From assembly GCA_004431415.1 (NCBI GenBank), contig QPMI01000477.1, positions 558,001 through 622,000 of the forward strand: a DNA stretch of 64,000 nt, written 5' to 3'. A model generated the notes under the pieces. It did not search any database. It was given only the letters and a program-made list of their open reading frames with translations, and was not told the origin of the DNA. The stretch's first letter is position 1, and every line of letters begins with the position of its first letter. Below, one piece after another: positions 47,715-57,971 of this stretch. The stretch comes from Cyanophora paradoxa CCMP329. Lineage: Eukaryota; Plantae; Glaucophyta. The translations under genes and the position numbers were made by a program.

Positions 47715-49115
47715 ATGTTGCAGTATAATAAAAGAGATAATCATGGATATTACTTCGACCCTCCAACGTCTTTCTCTGAAAGAAGCTCTAACAACCCGGA
47801 AGAAGCCAAGGCGTTCTTCTTGGACAACTCTCTCATGCTTGGTCTTGAATCCAAGTCGAAGCCAGTTCTTGTTGTTGTGAACCCAAGCAACACTTTCGAG
47901 AATAATGCTGGAAATCGCATTTCTTTCAAGCTCCCTCGCTACAATTTCTGTGGAAAACTCGAACTTGCGTTTGACCTTCCAGCTGTCACTTTTGCTGGTG
48001 ATACCGACCTTGTTCGCAATGGATACGTTCGCCCAGTTGGTGCTCTTGTCTCTCGACTTGAAATTACCTATGGATCTTACACCTTCCATGTGCCTTCTGA
48101 TTTCCTTGCTCATTTCCCTCTTATCTATTACAGTGAGGATCAACTCGCCAAGAAGAAGCGTTCAATGGGAATGGTTCATGGTATCCCTGCCCATGGAACC
48201 AACCGACTTGGTGGGTCATTTTTCACTGAAATCCCAGTCCCATGGCTAAACCACTACCTACCTCTTGGTGCTCTCTCAGGAGAAATGGTGGTAACTGTCT
48301 GGTTCAAGGATGCTGGAAAGGGTTATGTTGAGACTTCTTATGGTGGTCGTGCTCTTCCTGTTGTTGGTGGAACAGCTGCTGATAAGACAGAGGATGATGG
48401 ACTTGGTGCTACTGCTAATGCTACTCTTGCCCATGTTGGTCAACAAATCACCACTTTTGGAATTGGTGCAACAACAACCCCCGAAATTAAAGTCACTTCT
48501 CCTCGTCTTTACATGCATGCTATTAATGTTTCTGATGAACTGTTTGCTACTGTCATTGAGAAGGTGAAGACCACTGGTATGGCTATTCCTGCTCTGGATA
48601 TTGGTTTTGTTGACAGTGTCAATTTTGCTGCAAAAGGCAATGCTCAACCAAATCGTATTAACCTGTCACAGATCTCTGGTCTTGTCTATGGTCTTCTTGT
48701 TTCAGTTCGTGATGCCGCAGGTATTGATGGTTTCAATGGTTCCCACAGTGTCCTAAAAACGCATGCTAACTCAAAAGACATTACTTTCACTGTTGAAATT
48801 AATGGTCAACGTCTCTATGCTACTGAGCCCATCCCTCTCCTCAAAGGTGCCGAATTAATTGCGGATGCCTTCAAGTGCTCAAATATGGACAAGGTTGCAG
48901 ACAAATATGTCCTCAGTGGTCTACCATTCTGTGTTGATGGAGAGAAAGCGATTCGCAACATTGCCCAGTCTGGCTATGTTGATCTCACGAACTCCTCCTC
49001 CTCTTTCCTCACTCTATACATGCCTTCTGACCAGACAATCACAGTTAATGTTCGTGCTCTCATGCACAGTTTCATTATTGTTGACAAAGATGGGCTCCGA
49101 CGAATTAATCTGTAA
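47715..49115 (+). CDS. Major capsid protein (double jelly-roll), PLV type
   Basis: 466 aa, beta-rich; GNRISFKLPR...LELAFDLP, VSRLEITYGS, EIPVPW..YLPLGAL..EMVVTVWF; lies between the penton and the ATPase. Confidence 0.85.
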   Translation: MLQYNKRDNHGYYFDPPTSFSERSSNNPEEAKAFFLDNSLMLGLESKSKPVLVVVNPSNTFENNAGNRISFKLPRYNFCGKLELAFDLPAVTFAGDTDLVRNGYVRPVGALVSRLEITYGSYTFHVPSDFLAHFPLIYYSEDQLAKKKRSMGMVHGIPAHGTNRLGGSFFTEIPVPWLNHYLPLGALSGEMVVTVWFKDAGKGYVETSYGGRALPVVGGTAADKTEDDGLGATANATLAHVGQQITTFGIGATTTPEIKVTSPRLYMHAINVSDELFATVIEKVKTTGMAIPALDIGFVDSVNFAAKGNAQPNRINLSQISGLVYGLLVSVRDAAGIDGFNGSHSVLKTHANSKDITFTVEINGQRLYATEPIPLLKGAELIADAFKCSNMDKVADKYVLSGLPFCVDGEKAIRNIAQSGYVDLTNSSSSFLTLYMPSDQTITVNVRALMHSFIIVDKDGLRRINL

Positions 49116-49177
49116 AACCATTATCAGTAACGTTTCGTTATTTTTATCTATCTTTAATAAGAAAGATCTACTACGCC

Positions 49178-49936
49178 ATGTCTGACGTTCCCGAATTTAA
49201 TGCTGCTGAGATGATTAAACCCCCTTTTCGCGTATTAGCAATCGGAAAAAGCGCGACGGGCAAGTCAGAAGCCGTAAAATATTGGCTAAAACAACTTCAC
49301 GATGCGAAAAAGTTAGATGTTGTTCTTGTTATAAGTGGGACATCATTCAATCATTTTTGGGATGATGTTGCAACATTACAGCTCGGTAAATGGGATGCGC
49401 CTTACATCGCTAAACTTCTCGATGAAAGACAAGAGAAAATTGAGAAAGGAGAACCCGTTAATCAATTATGTGTTGTTCTCGATGATCTTATAGACAATGA
49501 GATTGTAGACCTTACCCGTGATAAAATTATTGGATCTCTGTATTCGCGCGGCCGCCACTCGGCGATTACAATTTTCTGCATAACTCAGAAACTGCGTAAG
49601 GTTTCTTCAACCATTCGCGTCAATTCGGATTATGCAATGTTCCTCAGTGCCGCCAATCGCAAAGAACTGGAAGCCATTGAAGAAGAATACAATATCATGC
49701 GGGATAAAGACGCTTTCTATAAGATGTTTGAGGAATACGTTCACTCCTATCAGTTTCTCATTTGGAGTTCTGCGAATTATTCGGTGGAATACTACGTTGA
49801 TAAAGCGGAACTCGTTAAAGACTTTAAGTTTCCTCGGTTCCACAGGAAGCCCAAAAAGAAAGAGGACGAATTACCACCTCCACAGAAAGAGGAAGCCCCA
49901 AAGAGGTCAAGAGTGGTGTTCATTCGAATAAACTGA
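49178..49936 (+). CDS. A32-like genome packaging ATPase
   Basis: Walker A IGKSATGKS, Walker B VVLDD, family motif SRGRHSAITIFCITQ, IRVN. Confidence 0.95.
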   Translation: MSDVPEFNAAEMIKPPFRVLAIGKSATGKSEAVKYWLKQLHDAKKLDVVLVISGTSFNHFWDDVATLQLGKWDAPYIAKLLDERQEKIEKGEPVNQLCVVLDDLIDNEIVDLTRDKIIGSLYSRGRHSAITIFCITQKLRKVSSTIRVNSDYAMFLSAANRKELEAIEEEYNIMRDKDAFYKMFEEYVHSYQFLIWSSANYSVEYYVDKAELVKDFKFPRFHRKPKKKEDELPPPQKEEAPKRSRVVFIRIN

Positions 49937-49987
49937 TGCGATATAAGAGAGGTTTATAAAATAATCTCTGCTTCTAATAAATATACA

Positions 49988-50722
49988 ATGCCTTCCAAAC
50001 GCAAAGTTGGTGTTCCTGCTGGTGCTATGTCATATTCTGCATCCTCTGGAACCGGTTCTATTAACACAGAGCCCATGAAATTCAATGGTGTCAATGAAGT
50101 TAAAGCATCACAGCAACAAGAAGATCCCCTCAATGCTGCTTACGAAGAATCACCAGATGATAAAGCTCCCCAAGCTTCCACAAGTGACCAGTTGAATATT
50201 TCGCCCGAAACCTCTAAGATGAAGGCAGTTGGTGAAGGTGCTCGTCGAATTATTGGTGCTGCTGATGACAAAGGACTGGGTCTCCAAGATCTGTCCCTTG
50301 CTCGCAAAGGTGAAGGTGTCTCCAAGGAATCAGACAAGGTAATTCAATCCATGGCTGGTGAGGTGACCTACAAGGTCGCACCTACACAGAATATCCACCG
50401 AATTCCCAAAGCCCAATGGGACGAAATGACTGCGAAACTGAAAGATCTGGAAGCGAAATCCAGTGCTCTTGAACAGTATGTCTCTGAGAAGAAAGAGAGA
50501 GCGAAATTAAAGGAGATGCTGCGAAAGGAGGTGTATAGAATGGGAATCACTGGTCTCCCAGATAAGCAATTCATTGGTAAGAAAGAGACTCAAATTGATG
50601 AGCAGGCAGTTGATGAGATGAAGACCAAAACCCAAAAGGGCACCATTGAACCTGGTGCTACCAAATCAGAGGTCGATAAAGGTGTTGCCCCAACAGTATA
50701 TAAACGACGAGTATGGCTTTAA
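49988..50722 (+). CDS. Viral hypothetical protein (hydrophilic, coiled-coil segment)
   Basis: Intact 244-aa ORF with AT-rich leader, co-oriented with the virion genes. Confidence 0.7.
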   Translation: MPSKRKVGVPAGAMSYSASSGTGSINTEPMKFNGVNEVKASQQQEDPLNAAYEESPDDKAPQASTSDQLNISPETSKMKAVGEGARRIIGAADDKGLGLQDLSLARKGEGVSKESDKVIQSMAGEVTYKVAPTQNIHRIPKAQWDEMTAKLKDLEAKSSALEQYVSEKKERAKLKEMLRKEVYRMGITGLPDKQFIGKKETQIDEQAVDEMKTKTQKGTIEPGATKSEVDKGVAPTVYKRRVWL

Positions 50723-50749
50723 TTATCTCGCATTAAGAGAGAGAGCATC

Positions 50750-50983
50750 ATGGATTTCTTGCGAAAAATCATAGAGATGTTTAATCTCCACATTGTGAGC
50801 AATTGTCACAGTGGCTGCTGTGAAACCAAAGTCGAAATCGAATTCTCTGACACTGAAAGTCATGGATCTGGTGGTAGGCGATTATCCACAGACTCGGTTG
50901 ATTTCGAGGAGCATATTAAGACAGAGACAGTGAGGCGACGCTCTGTATCTTTCACAGATCCGAAATTAAATCTCGGTAATTAA
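50750..50983 (+). CDS. Small viral hypothetical protein with SNCHSGCC motif
   Basis: 77-aa ORF tightly packed after the previous gene. Confidence 0.55.
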   Translation: MDFLRKIIEMFNLHIVSNCHSGCCETKVEIEFSDTESHGSGGRRLSTDSVDFEEHIKTETVRRRSVSFTDPKLNLGN

Positions 50984-51184
50984 TATCGAATGCTCAGTCT
51001 CTCTGAGATCTATGCTATCCTGGACAGGAAATCCGCTGAATATGCAACAGAAGACGCAATAAAAAAGCGTAGACAGGAACTGGTCTCGATCTGCAAAAAA
51101 TGACAAGGGATTTAAGGGTAAGGTGTGTTTGATTGGTGAACCCGGACAAATTATTTTCTCGTCCAAATATAAGGAACATATCAA

Positions 51185-51412
51185 ATGGAAACTGAATCTG
51201 TGGTCGAATTCGAACTTGCAATGAGCGAAATGGATCCCAATGAGAGGAAAAGGTTGTATGACCGCTTGTATTTCCAGAAACGCTATCAAGATGAGGAGTT
51301 TCGTGAATTATATCGTAAAAAGGCACTGGAACGATATTATCGCAGGAAAGCTGCTGAGATGGATCCCAATAATCCAGTAAAACGCCCAGTTGGTCGTCCC
51401 AGGAAATACTGA
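51185..51412 (+). CDS. Small basic protein with C-terminal AT-hook
   Basis: Arg/Tyr/Lys-rich helix ending KRPVGRPRKY. Confidence 0.7.
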   Translation: METESVVEFELAMSEMDPNERKRLYDRLYFQKRYQDEEFRELYRKKALERYYRRKAAEMDPNNPVKRPVGRPRKY

Positions 51413-51606
51413 ACCGCCCCCAAAGTCCCAAATATCCGCTGAATCCTTTTTGTTACCATGATCAATCGACTTTTCGATGGATCATTACCATATATCGAGC
51501 GCCAATCGGAGAACCCAAAGGTATTTAAAGGTTAGCCGCCAAAAAATGACAAGGATCCGGAGAAATTAATTTCTCCATTAAGGATAAGAAGCACCCGATT
51601 GTTGAA

Positions 51607-53970
51607 ATGAACGCTGCCGCCAAGAAATCCCTGAAACGCCTTGTTGAATGGCTTCGTGAAGACGATGTCCTGTCTGAGAATATCGTAATTCCTGTTGATC
51701 CTGATACCAAAAAACCCCTTTTCGCTCATAAAGACGGAACCTGGGATTGGGATAAATTCGATGAAGCCCTGAAATCCGGTAAATATACTGCTTGGGGCAT
51801 TCTCGCTCGTAATATCCTGGTAATTGACTTCGACCAAGAGGAGGATTTCGCCAAATTCGAGGAGCAATTCCCTGATGATTTCGGTGGTGTTAATCCTCTT
51901 GCTAAAACCAAAAAAGGATATCATGCATTCTTCGCTCGACCTGCTGAATTCGACACCATTAAGATCTGGGATAAAGCGGGTGCATTCAAAGGAAACCCCA
52001 AGATCGACTGCAAAACGATTGCATCCACTGGGACTGCTGGGGTGATTAATGTTTGCCCCAGTCCCAACAAAACATGGATCAGAGAGCCATGGGCATCTGA
52101 GTGTGAGTTAAATGAACCCACTGCTGAGTTGCAAAAGTGGATTGTTGAAAACTACGAATTCCCCAAAGGTGCACATTCTTATTATGCAAGGTGCGCTGAG
52201 GAGAATTTGCAGAAACATATTCTTTCTAAACTCGAAGAATTCGGTTTCATCTTGCCCACAATCATCAATGAGACCAAGATGGGATACAATTTCACTGCTG
52301 AGAACAAAGGTTTGGTCTGTCCCTGCTGCAAGGGAAGCCATGACTCGAACAATTGGTATATTGTTCAAGGGAAGGAGAAGGACAAATATATTGTTTCGAG
52401 TTACAGTGCAAACTGCAAGAAGCGACTTATCACAATTCGTGTGAAGGAAGAGACAGATGCGAATATCGAAAATCTGATTGATCGGTCTGCTGGATCTGAT
52501 GGTGCCCATTATGATGTTGCACAGGTTGCCTATCTTGTTCTGCAAGACAAATACAAGTATTCCAACAAGACCTGGTTCAAGTTCAATGATGTATGTGGGA
52601 TTTGGGAGATGGATGAAACTGGGAAGCGAATCTTTCTCTGTTTGAGCTGCAAGGTCTGTCCAGTTTATCTTCAACGTTCTGTTCAACTCGCACAGAGAGC
52701 TCTTCGTGATGAAGAGAACCGCAATTCCTTGGAGGAAAGGTCAAAGATTCTGCTGGGAATTGCTAAGAGCCTCAAACAGACTACATACAGAACTGCACTT
52801 ATGTCTGATCTTTCAGTTCTGTTCAGTGACAAGACCTTTTTCGAGAGACTTGATACTGTTCCCAACATCATTGGGTTCACAAATGGTGTGTTTGACTTGA
52901 ACTCCATGACTTTTCGAAAGGGACTCCCAGATGATATGGTGAGCAAGACTGTCGGCTACGATTATACCACAGAAATCGACCAAGAGAAGGTTGCAAAGAT
53001 TAAATCCATCTATGCAGACATTATTGAATCGGATACAGACCGCGAATTCATGCTGGGATTAATCGCCTATGCCCTGAGTGGTTTGACAGAAAATCAGAGA
53101 TACACTTGCTGGACTGGAATTGGAGCAAATGGGAAATCACTGCTCCAAGAGTTGGTGAAAGACACATTTGGTGAGTATTATGGGTCACTGGACATGACAT
53201 ATTGGACTAAACCCAAGAAGAGTTCGTCAGAGGCTTCCCCAGAACTCGCTTGCATTCTTGGTAAACGAATTGTTTTCAGTAATGAAGCAGAAGATGGTGA
53301 TATGCTTCAACTGAACAAAATCAAACAGGTTACTGGTGGGAATGAGATGAAGGTTCGAGCTCTTTTCAAAGATCTTGTTACATTCATTCCCATGTTCCAG
53401 TTGTTCTTGTCCACAAATGACAACCTGGGAATCAGTAAACCAGATGCAGCAATCCAAAGGCGAATTATCTACTACCGATTCGAAAATGTCTTCAAGGTCG
53501 ATCCTCAGCCTGGTGAGAAGAAAGCAGACACCACTCTAATGCGCCTAATGAAGAATGATGACGATTATAAAATGGCGCATATGTCCATTCTCCTGGAAAT
53601 GTGGAGAACCCATTCTCTCAATGAATTCGTCACCAAACCACCCCAGTCCATTGTTGATCAAGGTGTTGAATATTTCAATGAGAATGACAAGATTGGAGAA
53701 TGGATTCGTGAGAGTTATGAACTCACCAAGAGTCAAGGGGATTTCGCCACAAGTGAGTCCATTATCAGTCACTTTAAGATGGATCACATGGGCAAATCTG
53801 ATGAGAAAATCACAGAATGCACTATCTTGAAGAGACTTCGCGAAGTCTTTAATGTGAAGGCTGAGAGAAAGCGAGTCAATGGTGTTCTTGCTCGTGGCTA
53901 CTTTGGGATCAAAAAGAAGCATAGTCGCAAGTTGGTGGATGACAGTGATGTTGAAGGTGGGGATGAGTAA
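51607..53970 (+). CDS. Primase-polymerase (primpol) / D5-like SF3 helicase fusion
   Basis: AEP motifs ILVIDFD and KTKKGYHAFF; Zn site CPCCKGSH...C; D5_N IGFTNGVFDL; Walker A GIGANGKS; IKQVTGG..MKVRALF; LSTN; AIQRR; wHTH-like tail RGYFGIKKK. Confidence 0.95.
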   Translation: MNAAAKKSLKRLVEWLREDDVLSENIVIPVDPDTKKPLFAHKDGTWDWDKFDEALKSGKYTAWGILARNILVIDFDQEEDFAKFEEQFPDDFGGVNPLAKTKKGYHAFFARPAEFDTIKIWDKAGAFKGNPKIDCKTIASTGTAGVINVCPSPNKTWIREPWASECELNEPTAELQKWIVENYEFPKGAHSYYARCAEENLQKHILSKLEEFGFILPTIINETKMGYNFTAENKGLVCPCCKGSHDSNNWYIVQGKEKDKYIVSSYSANCKKRLITIRVKEETDANIENLIDRSAGSDGAHYDVAQVAYLVLQDKYKYSNKTWFKFNDVCGIWEMDETGKRIFLCLSCKVCPVYLQRSVQLAQRALRDEENRNSLEERSKILLGIAKSLKQTTYRTALMSDLSVLFSDKTFFERLDTVPNIIGFTNGVFDLNSMTFRKGLPDDMVSKTVGYDYTTEIDQEKVAKIKSIYADIIESDTDREFMLGLIAYALSGLTENQRYTCWTGIGANGKSLLQELVKDTFGEYYGSLDMTYWTKPKKSSSEASPELACILGKRIVFSNEAEDGDMLQLNKIKQVTGGNEMKVRALFKDLVTFIPMFQLFLSTNDNLGISKPDAAIQRRIIYYRFENVFKVDPQPGEKKADTTLMRLMKNDDDYKMAHMSILLEMWRTHSLNEFVTKPPQSIVDQGVEYFNENDKIGEWIRESYELTKSQGDFATSESIISHFKMDHMGKSDEKITECTILKRLREVFNVKAERKRVNGVLARGYFGIKKKHSRKLVDDSDVEGGDE

Positions 53971-54069
53971 ACAAAACAGAATCGATTCTAATACTGATTG
54001 AATTTCTTATTTTTTAAAAACCTTACTGTAAATGGTTTGTGTGACAGCTGTGACACCTTTTTAATTGAG

Positions 54070-54172
54070 TGTGACGCCTGTGACGCCTGTGACGCCTACT
54101 TTCAAACTTTTTAAAATTTCAAAAATCTACAAACCTCTGAAAACAGGTGTCACAGGCGTCACAGGCGTCACA
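54070..54172. promoter_or_regulatory. Origin-like module 3 (inverted copy), 100 bp downstream of the primase-helicase gene
   Basis: Reverse complement of modules 1 and 2 with a few differences; two more TGTGACA sites at about 54040-54056. Confidence 0.72.
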
Positions 54173-54323
54173 CCCAATTAACCACAGACTCCCCCTGTGG
54201 GTCGATGACTTTTTCGATTCTTTATCGGACAATATAAAAACGTATCGTAAATCGGTGTGTTTTGACAAAAATTGACTGGCGATTTAAGGGATCGTTGCGT
54301 ATTTCACTTGACTTGGACAGAAA

Positions 54324-54590
54324 ATGGATTATTTTGATGAAATTCGGCAGCAGCTTGTCGAAAAGAATGATATTGCACAGGTGGCGGAATATATTGCAAA
54401 GATCAGAGCAATCAATGGTAGACCCTATCAAAAGAAGCGAGTGTATGCAAGCAGACTCGACACAGTAAATGTATATGTCCCAAAGGCACGAATGTGCGAA
54501 TTATCAGAACCTGAAAAATGGGAAATGCGTTTAAAACGCCCAAAAATAATATGTTCCCTTAAAGTAAAAGATGCCCCGCCAATCCAATAG
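54324..54590 (+). CDS. Small viral hypothetical protein
   Basis: 88-aa ORF overlapping the pPolB start. Confidence 0.45.
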   Translation: MDYFDEIRQQLVEKNDIAQVAEYIAKIRAINGRPYQKKRVYASRLDTVNVYVPKARMCELSEPEKWEMRLKRPKIICSLKVKDAPPIQ

Positions 54591-57500
54591 AATCATCAAA
54601 GAGAAGAAAAACGAAATACTCGGTCTTTTAGGAACCCTTTTAGTCACTGGTGATATTACAGAATTCGAATATGATCGCCAGGCAGCAATCCTGGATAGGA
54701 GACCAAGGTTATCTCAACTCACAGAAATTACAAATCGCCTCTATGATCGTTTTGAGAAAATGGAGGAATTCAGGGATGAAGGTTTAAGGTTGGGAACAAT
54801 TGAACCCGAGATTGAGGATGGGGAAGCAATGAACAAAGCATATTCTTGGTTAACCTATCGAGCAAGAGGGGAGGTTATCCAAGATGGGATTGAATTCTTG
54901 GAGAGAATTGCACCCACTCTACCTCAGAGACTCAGACAGAAACTCCAAGACCTGAGAGCAATTAAAACTCGGTTGACCTTCATTTGTAAATTCACCAAAG
55001 TGAGTGATCCCAGGGTGTGGATCACGAAATTCATTTACAGTGATTACTTTGTCATCACAAGATCACGAAATATTGATGTTGAACTGCGAAATGCCCTTCA
55101 ATCCATGCAGGAGCAGATGATGCAGGTGGACAGTTACAGACTGGATCGCATTGAGATGCTGAGAGTGGTAATAATGTCTTATGCTCCTGTGGGTGGTTGC
55201 TTCTTCTCAACTCCTGAGTGGATTGGATCAAAGAGAGCAACTGTGAATGTCAAGAATATTGATGGTCAAGATTGCTTCAAGTATGCAATCTTGGCTTACC
55301 TGCACCGAAATGATATTAATAAACACAAGAGCAATGAACCCAGCCAGTATAGAAGATGGTTAAACGAACTCAATTTCGAAGGCATCCAGTTTCCAGTTGC
55401 CTGTGATGCAGAGGTTATTGATCGATTTGAGGAGCAGAACCCTGAACTGAGTATCAACATTTATGGTGCAGATAATCAAGCACAGTGTTTCTATCCTCTC
55501 CATCAATCCAGCAACCCGAGGAGAAAGACCAAGATCAACCTTTTATTAATCGAAAACGAAGAGGATGATAGAGGGCATTATATCACCATCATGTCTCTGA
55601 GTAGACTCCTGAAAACCACCTTTGATAAAGCCCATGATGGTCGCATTTATTACTGTGAGACCTGCCTGTCTCGTTTCAGAACTCAGGAGAAGCTGGACAT
55701 TCACTTAGAAGCCAATCGCTGCATTGATTGGAGGGAGAGCAAAGGTAAATGCCCGAAATCTGGAAGTCACATTGCATTTGGGCTTCAACACCTTCGCAAA
55801 ACTGTGTGGCTTCCCACTATCTGCTATGTAAAAATGGACAGTCACTCGGTTCCAATTGATGAGAACCGCAGTAAAAGAGAGGTCAAATCGGTTTCTTTAA
55901 CAGTTGTGATGGGGGATGAGGTGATCTCTCATTATTTCGAGGGATCAGATCCACTTGGTGCTCTGTTTACCACTCTCACAGAGATCAGACCCCAAGTAAT
56001 CCGCACTCTATTCACCAATATTCCAATGCACCCACTCACAGAGGAGCAGAAAGCAAAATACAAGATGACTAAACACTGTTATATCTGTGCTGAACGATTT
56101 ACCCATGAGAATTTCCCAGTGAGAGACCATTGTCATCAAACAGGCGCTTTTATTGGAAAAGCATGTCGGAACTGCAACCTCCACAGGAGAATCTCAAAGC
56201 AAACCAAAGTAGCAATTGTGGTGGATCACATGGATGAATGTGGACACGAAATATTCCGCAAAATTGCACAGCAAGATGATAAACTTCGTGTTGAGATTCT
56301 GAGCAAGAATTTCGACCAATACCTCTCCCTGCAATGGGGCATGTGGAAATTCATAGATGCTTCGCACTTCATGGACTTCCAGGCAGTGGATGCAAGTGAT
56401 CTAATGGGTAAATTCCAGACATTCCGAGAATTGGCGTTTTCCCAATATGGATTGGATCCTGCCCACTATGTTTCGGCTCCTGGATTATCCTGGGATGCAA
56501 TGCTCATTTACACCAGAGCAAAGATTGAGCAGATCAGTGATGTAGGGCAATACGAATTTATTGAGAGGGCAATTCGAGGTGGGTTTGCTACAATGCCTAC
56601 TCGATATGCAAAGGTGGAAAACCCAGATGACCATATAGTTCTCTTGGATGCAAATAATCTGTATGGTTATGCTCTCAGTCAAGAACTGCCCATTGGCGAT
56701 TTTCGATGGGAAGATGTCTCAGAGGCACTTAAAGAGACCCCAGGACGAAGTGCCTTCATTGAAGTTGACCTGGAATACCCACAAACTCTCACAGATCATT
56801 ACGATTTTCCACTTGTAGTGAATAAAGAGCATGTCACCACCGAAATGCTGGGTGGGTATCAAAGAAAGTTACTGGATATCACAGGTGAGAAGATAAGCAA
56901 AGACCCCAAACTCACAGCAACATTCTCACCCAAAAACAACTATGTGATTTCCCAACCTCTCTTGGTCTATCTTGTGAGCAAAGGTATTATAATCACGAAG
57001 GTTCACAGGGTTCTCTCATTTGCAACCTCTGCATTTATGAATAGTTATATTGATCTAAATACGAAATTGAGGCGCCAATCTATGTCCAGATTCGAGAGTG
57101 ACTTCTTTAAATTAATGAACAATGCAATCTATGGTAAATGCCTCGAATCATGCAGGGGTCGCTCTGTGGTAAAGATTGCAAACAGTGAGAAACTCTGCAA
57201 GAAATATGCTGCAAGTCCACTCATCAAGGCAACCAATGTATTAAACGAAAATGCTGTTGCCTTTGAGATGTATTCCAAGCATGTTCACTTAGATAAACCT
57301 GTTGCAATTGGTGCTTTCGTGCTGGATTTTGCGAAACTCCATAATAGCAGGTTCTTTTTTGATGTGGTGAGGAGAACTTGGGAAACAGCAGAGCTACTAT
57401 TCCATGATACAGATTCTTTCTGCCTACTGCTGCATACCAATGATCTAAATAATGAGATGAAGCGAATTTCTGAACACCTGGATTGCAGTAATTATGATCC

Positions 57501-57678
57501 CTCCCACCCTCTCTTTGATAGGAGCAATCGTTTGATTCCAGGTAAATATAAAAACGAGTTTCCCAAAGCTCAGCACTGCGCCGTGTCTCCAAAAAAATAC
57601 CCGCGAAAAAATCAAAAACAAATCAGAAAACAAACCATTCCCAGTAACCCAATCTTGAATATCAGTAAATCTCAGTAA
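54571..57678 (+). CDS. Polinton-type protein-primed family B DNA polymerase, apparently C-terminally truncated at about 57575
   Basis: VNVKN...CFKYAI; C2H2 finger CETC...H; EndoVII-like insert CYIC...VRDHCH..G...AC..CN; GLDPAHY.SAPGLSWDAM; DANNLYG; KLMNNAIYGK; HDTDSF; GKYKNE, after which the ORF runs into repeat DNA. Confidence 0.93.
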   Translation: MPRQSNRIIKEKKNEILGLLGTLLVTGDITEFEYDRQAAILDRRPRLSQLTEITNRLYDRFEKMEEFRDEGLRLGTIEPEIEDGEAMNKAYSWLTYRARGEVIQDGIEFLERIAPTLPQRLRQKLQDLRAIKTRLTFICKFTKVSDPRVWITKFIYSDYFVITRSRNIDVELRNALQSMQEQMMQVDSYRLDRIEMLRVVIMSYAPVGGCFFSTPEWIGSKRATVNVKNIDGQDCFKYAILAYLHRNDINKHKSNEPSQYRRWLNELNFEGIQFPVACDAEVIDRFEEQNPELSINIYGADNQAQCFYPLHQSSNPRRKTKINLLLIENEEDDRGHYITIMSLSRLLKTTFDKAHDGRIYYCETCLSRFRTQEKLDIHLEANRCIDWRESKGKCPKSGSHIAFGLQHLRKTVWLPTICYVKMDSHSVPIDENRSKREVKSVSLTVVMGDEVISHYFEGSDPLGALFTTLTEIRPQVIRTLFTNIPMHPLTEEQKAKYKMTKHCYICAERFTHENFPVRDHCHQTGAFIGKACRNCNLHRRISKQTKVAIVVDHMDECGHEIFRKIAQQDDKLRVEILSKNFDQYLSLQWGMWKFIDASHFMDFQAVDASDLMGKFQTFRELAFSQYGLDPAHYVSAPGLSWDAMLIYTRAKIEQISDVGQYEFIERAIRGGFATMPTRYAKVENPDDHIVLLDANNLYGYALSQELPIGDFRWEDVSEALKETPGRSAFIEVDLEYPQTLTDHYDFPLVVNKEHVTTEMLGGYQRKLLDITGEKISKDPKLTATFSPKNNYVISQPLLVYLVSKGIIITKVHRVLSFATSAFMNSYIDLNTKLRRQSMSRFESDFFKLMNNAIYGKCLESCRGRSVVKIANSEKLCKKYAASPLIKATNVLNENAVAFEMYSKHVHLDKPVAIGAFVLDFAKLHNSRFFFDVVRRTWETAELLFHDTDSFCLLLHTNDLNNEMKRISEHLDCSNYDPSHPLFDRSNRLIPGKYKNEFPKAQHCAVSPKKYPRKNQKQIRKQTIPSNPILNISKSQ

Positions 57679-57966
57679 GCCTCAGTAAGAAACATTGAAT
57701 TAATCGAAGTTATATCATAATCTCGATTAATTATATCTTATCGAAGTTATATCTTTTTTATGCGCCGTGTCTCCAAAACAATTCCCAAGAAAAACAAACC
57801 ATTCACAGTAACCCAATTCCAAATCTCACTAAATCTCAGTAAGCCTCAGTAACAAAAATCGAATTAATCGAAGTTATATCTTAAATCTTATTTATCGAAG
57901 TTATATCATAATCTCGATTAATTATATTTAATCGAAGTTATATCCTTTTCATCCGCCGTGTCTCCC
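57577..57966. repeat. AT-rich tandem duplication (about 184-191 bp units) between the convergent pPolB and integrase genes
   Basis: CGCCGTGTCTCC at 57579, 57763 and 57954; ATCGAAGTTATATC five times; AAATCTCAGTAAGCCTCAGTAA twice. Confidence 0.85.
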
Positions 57967-57971
57967 ATGAT

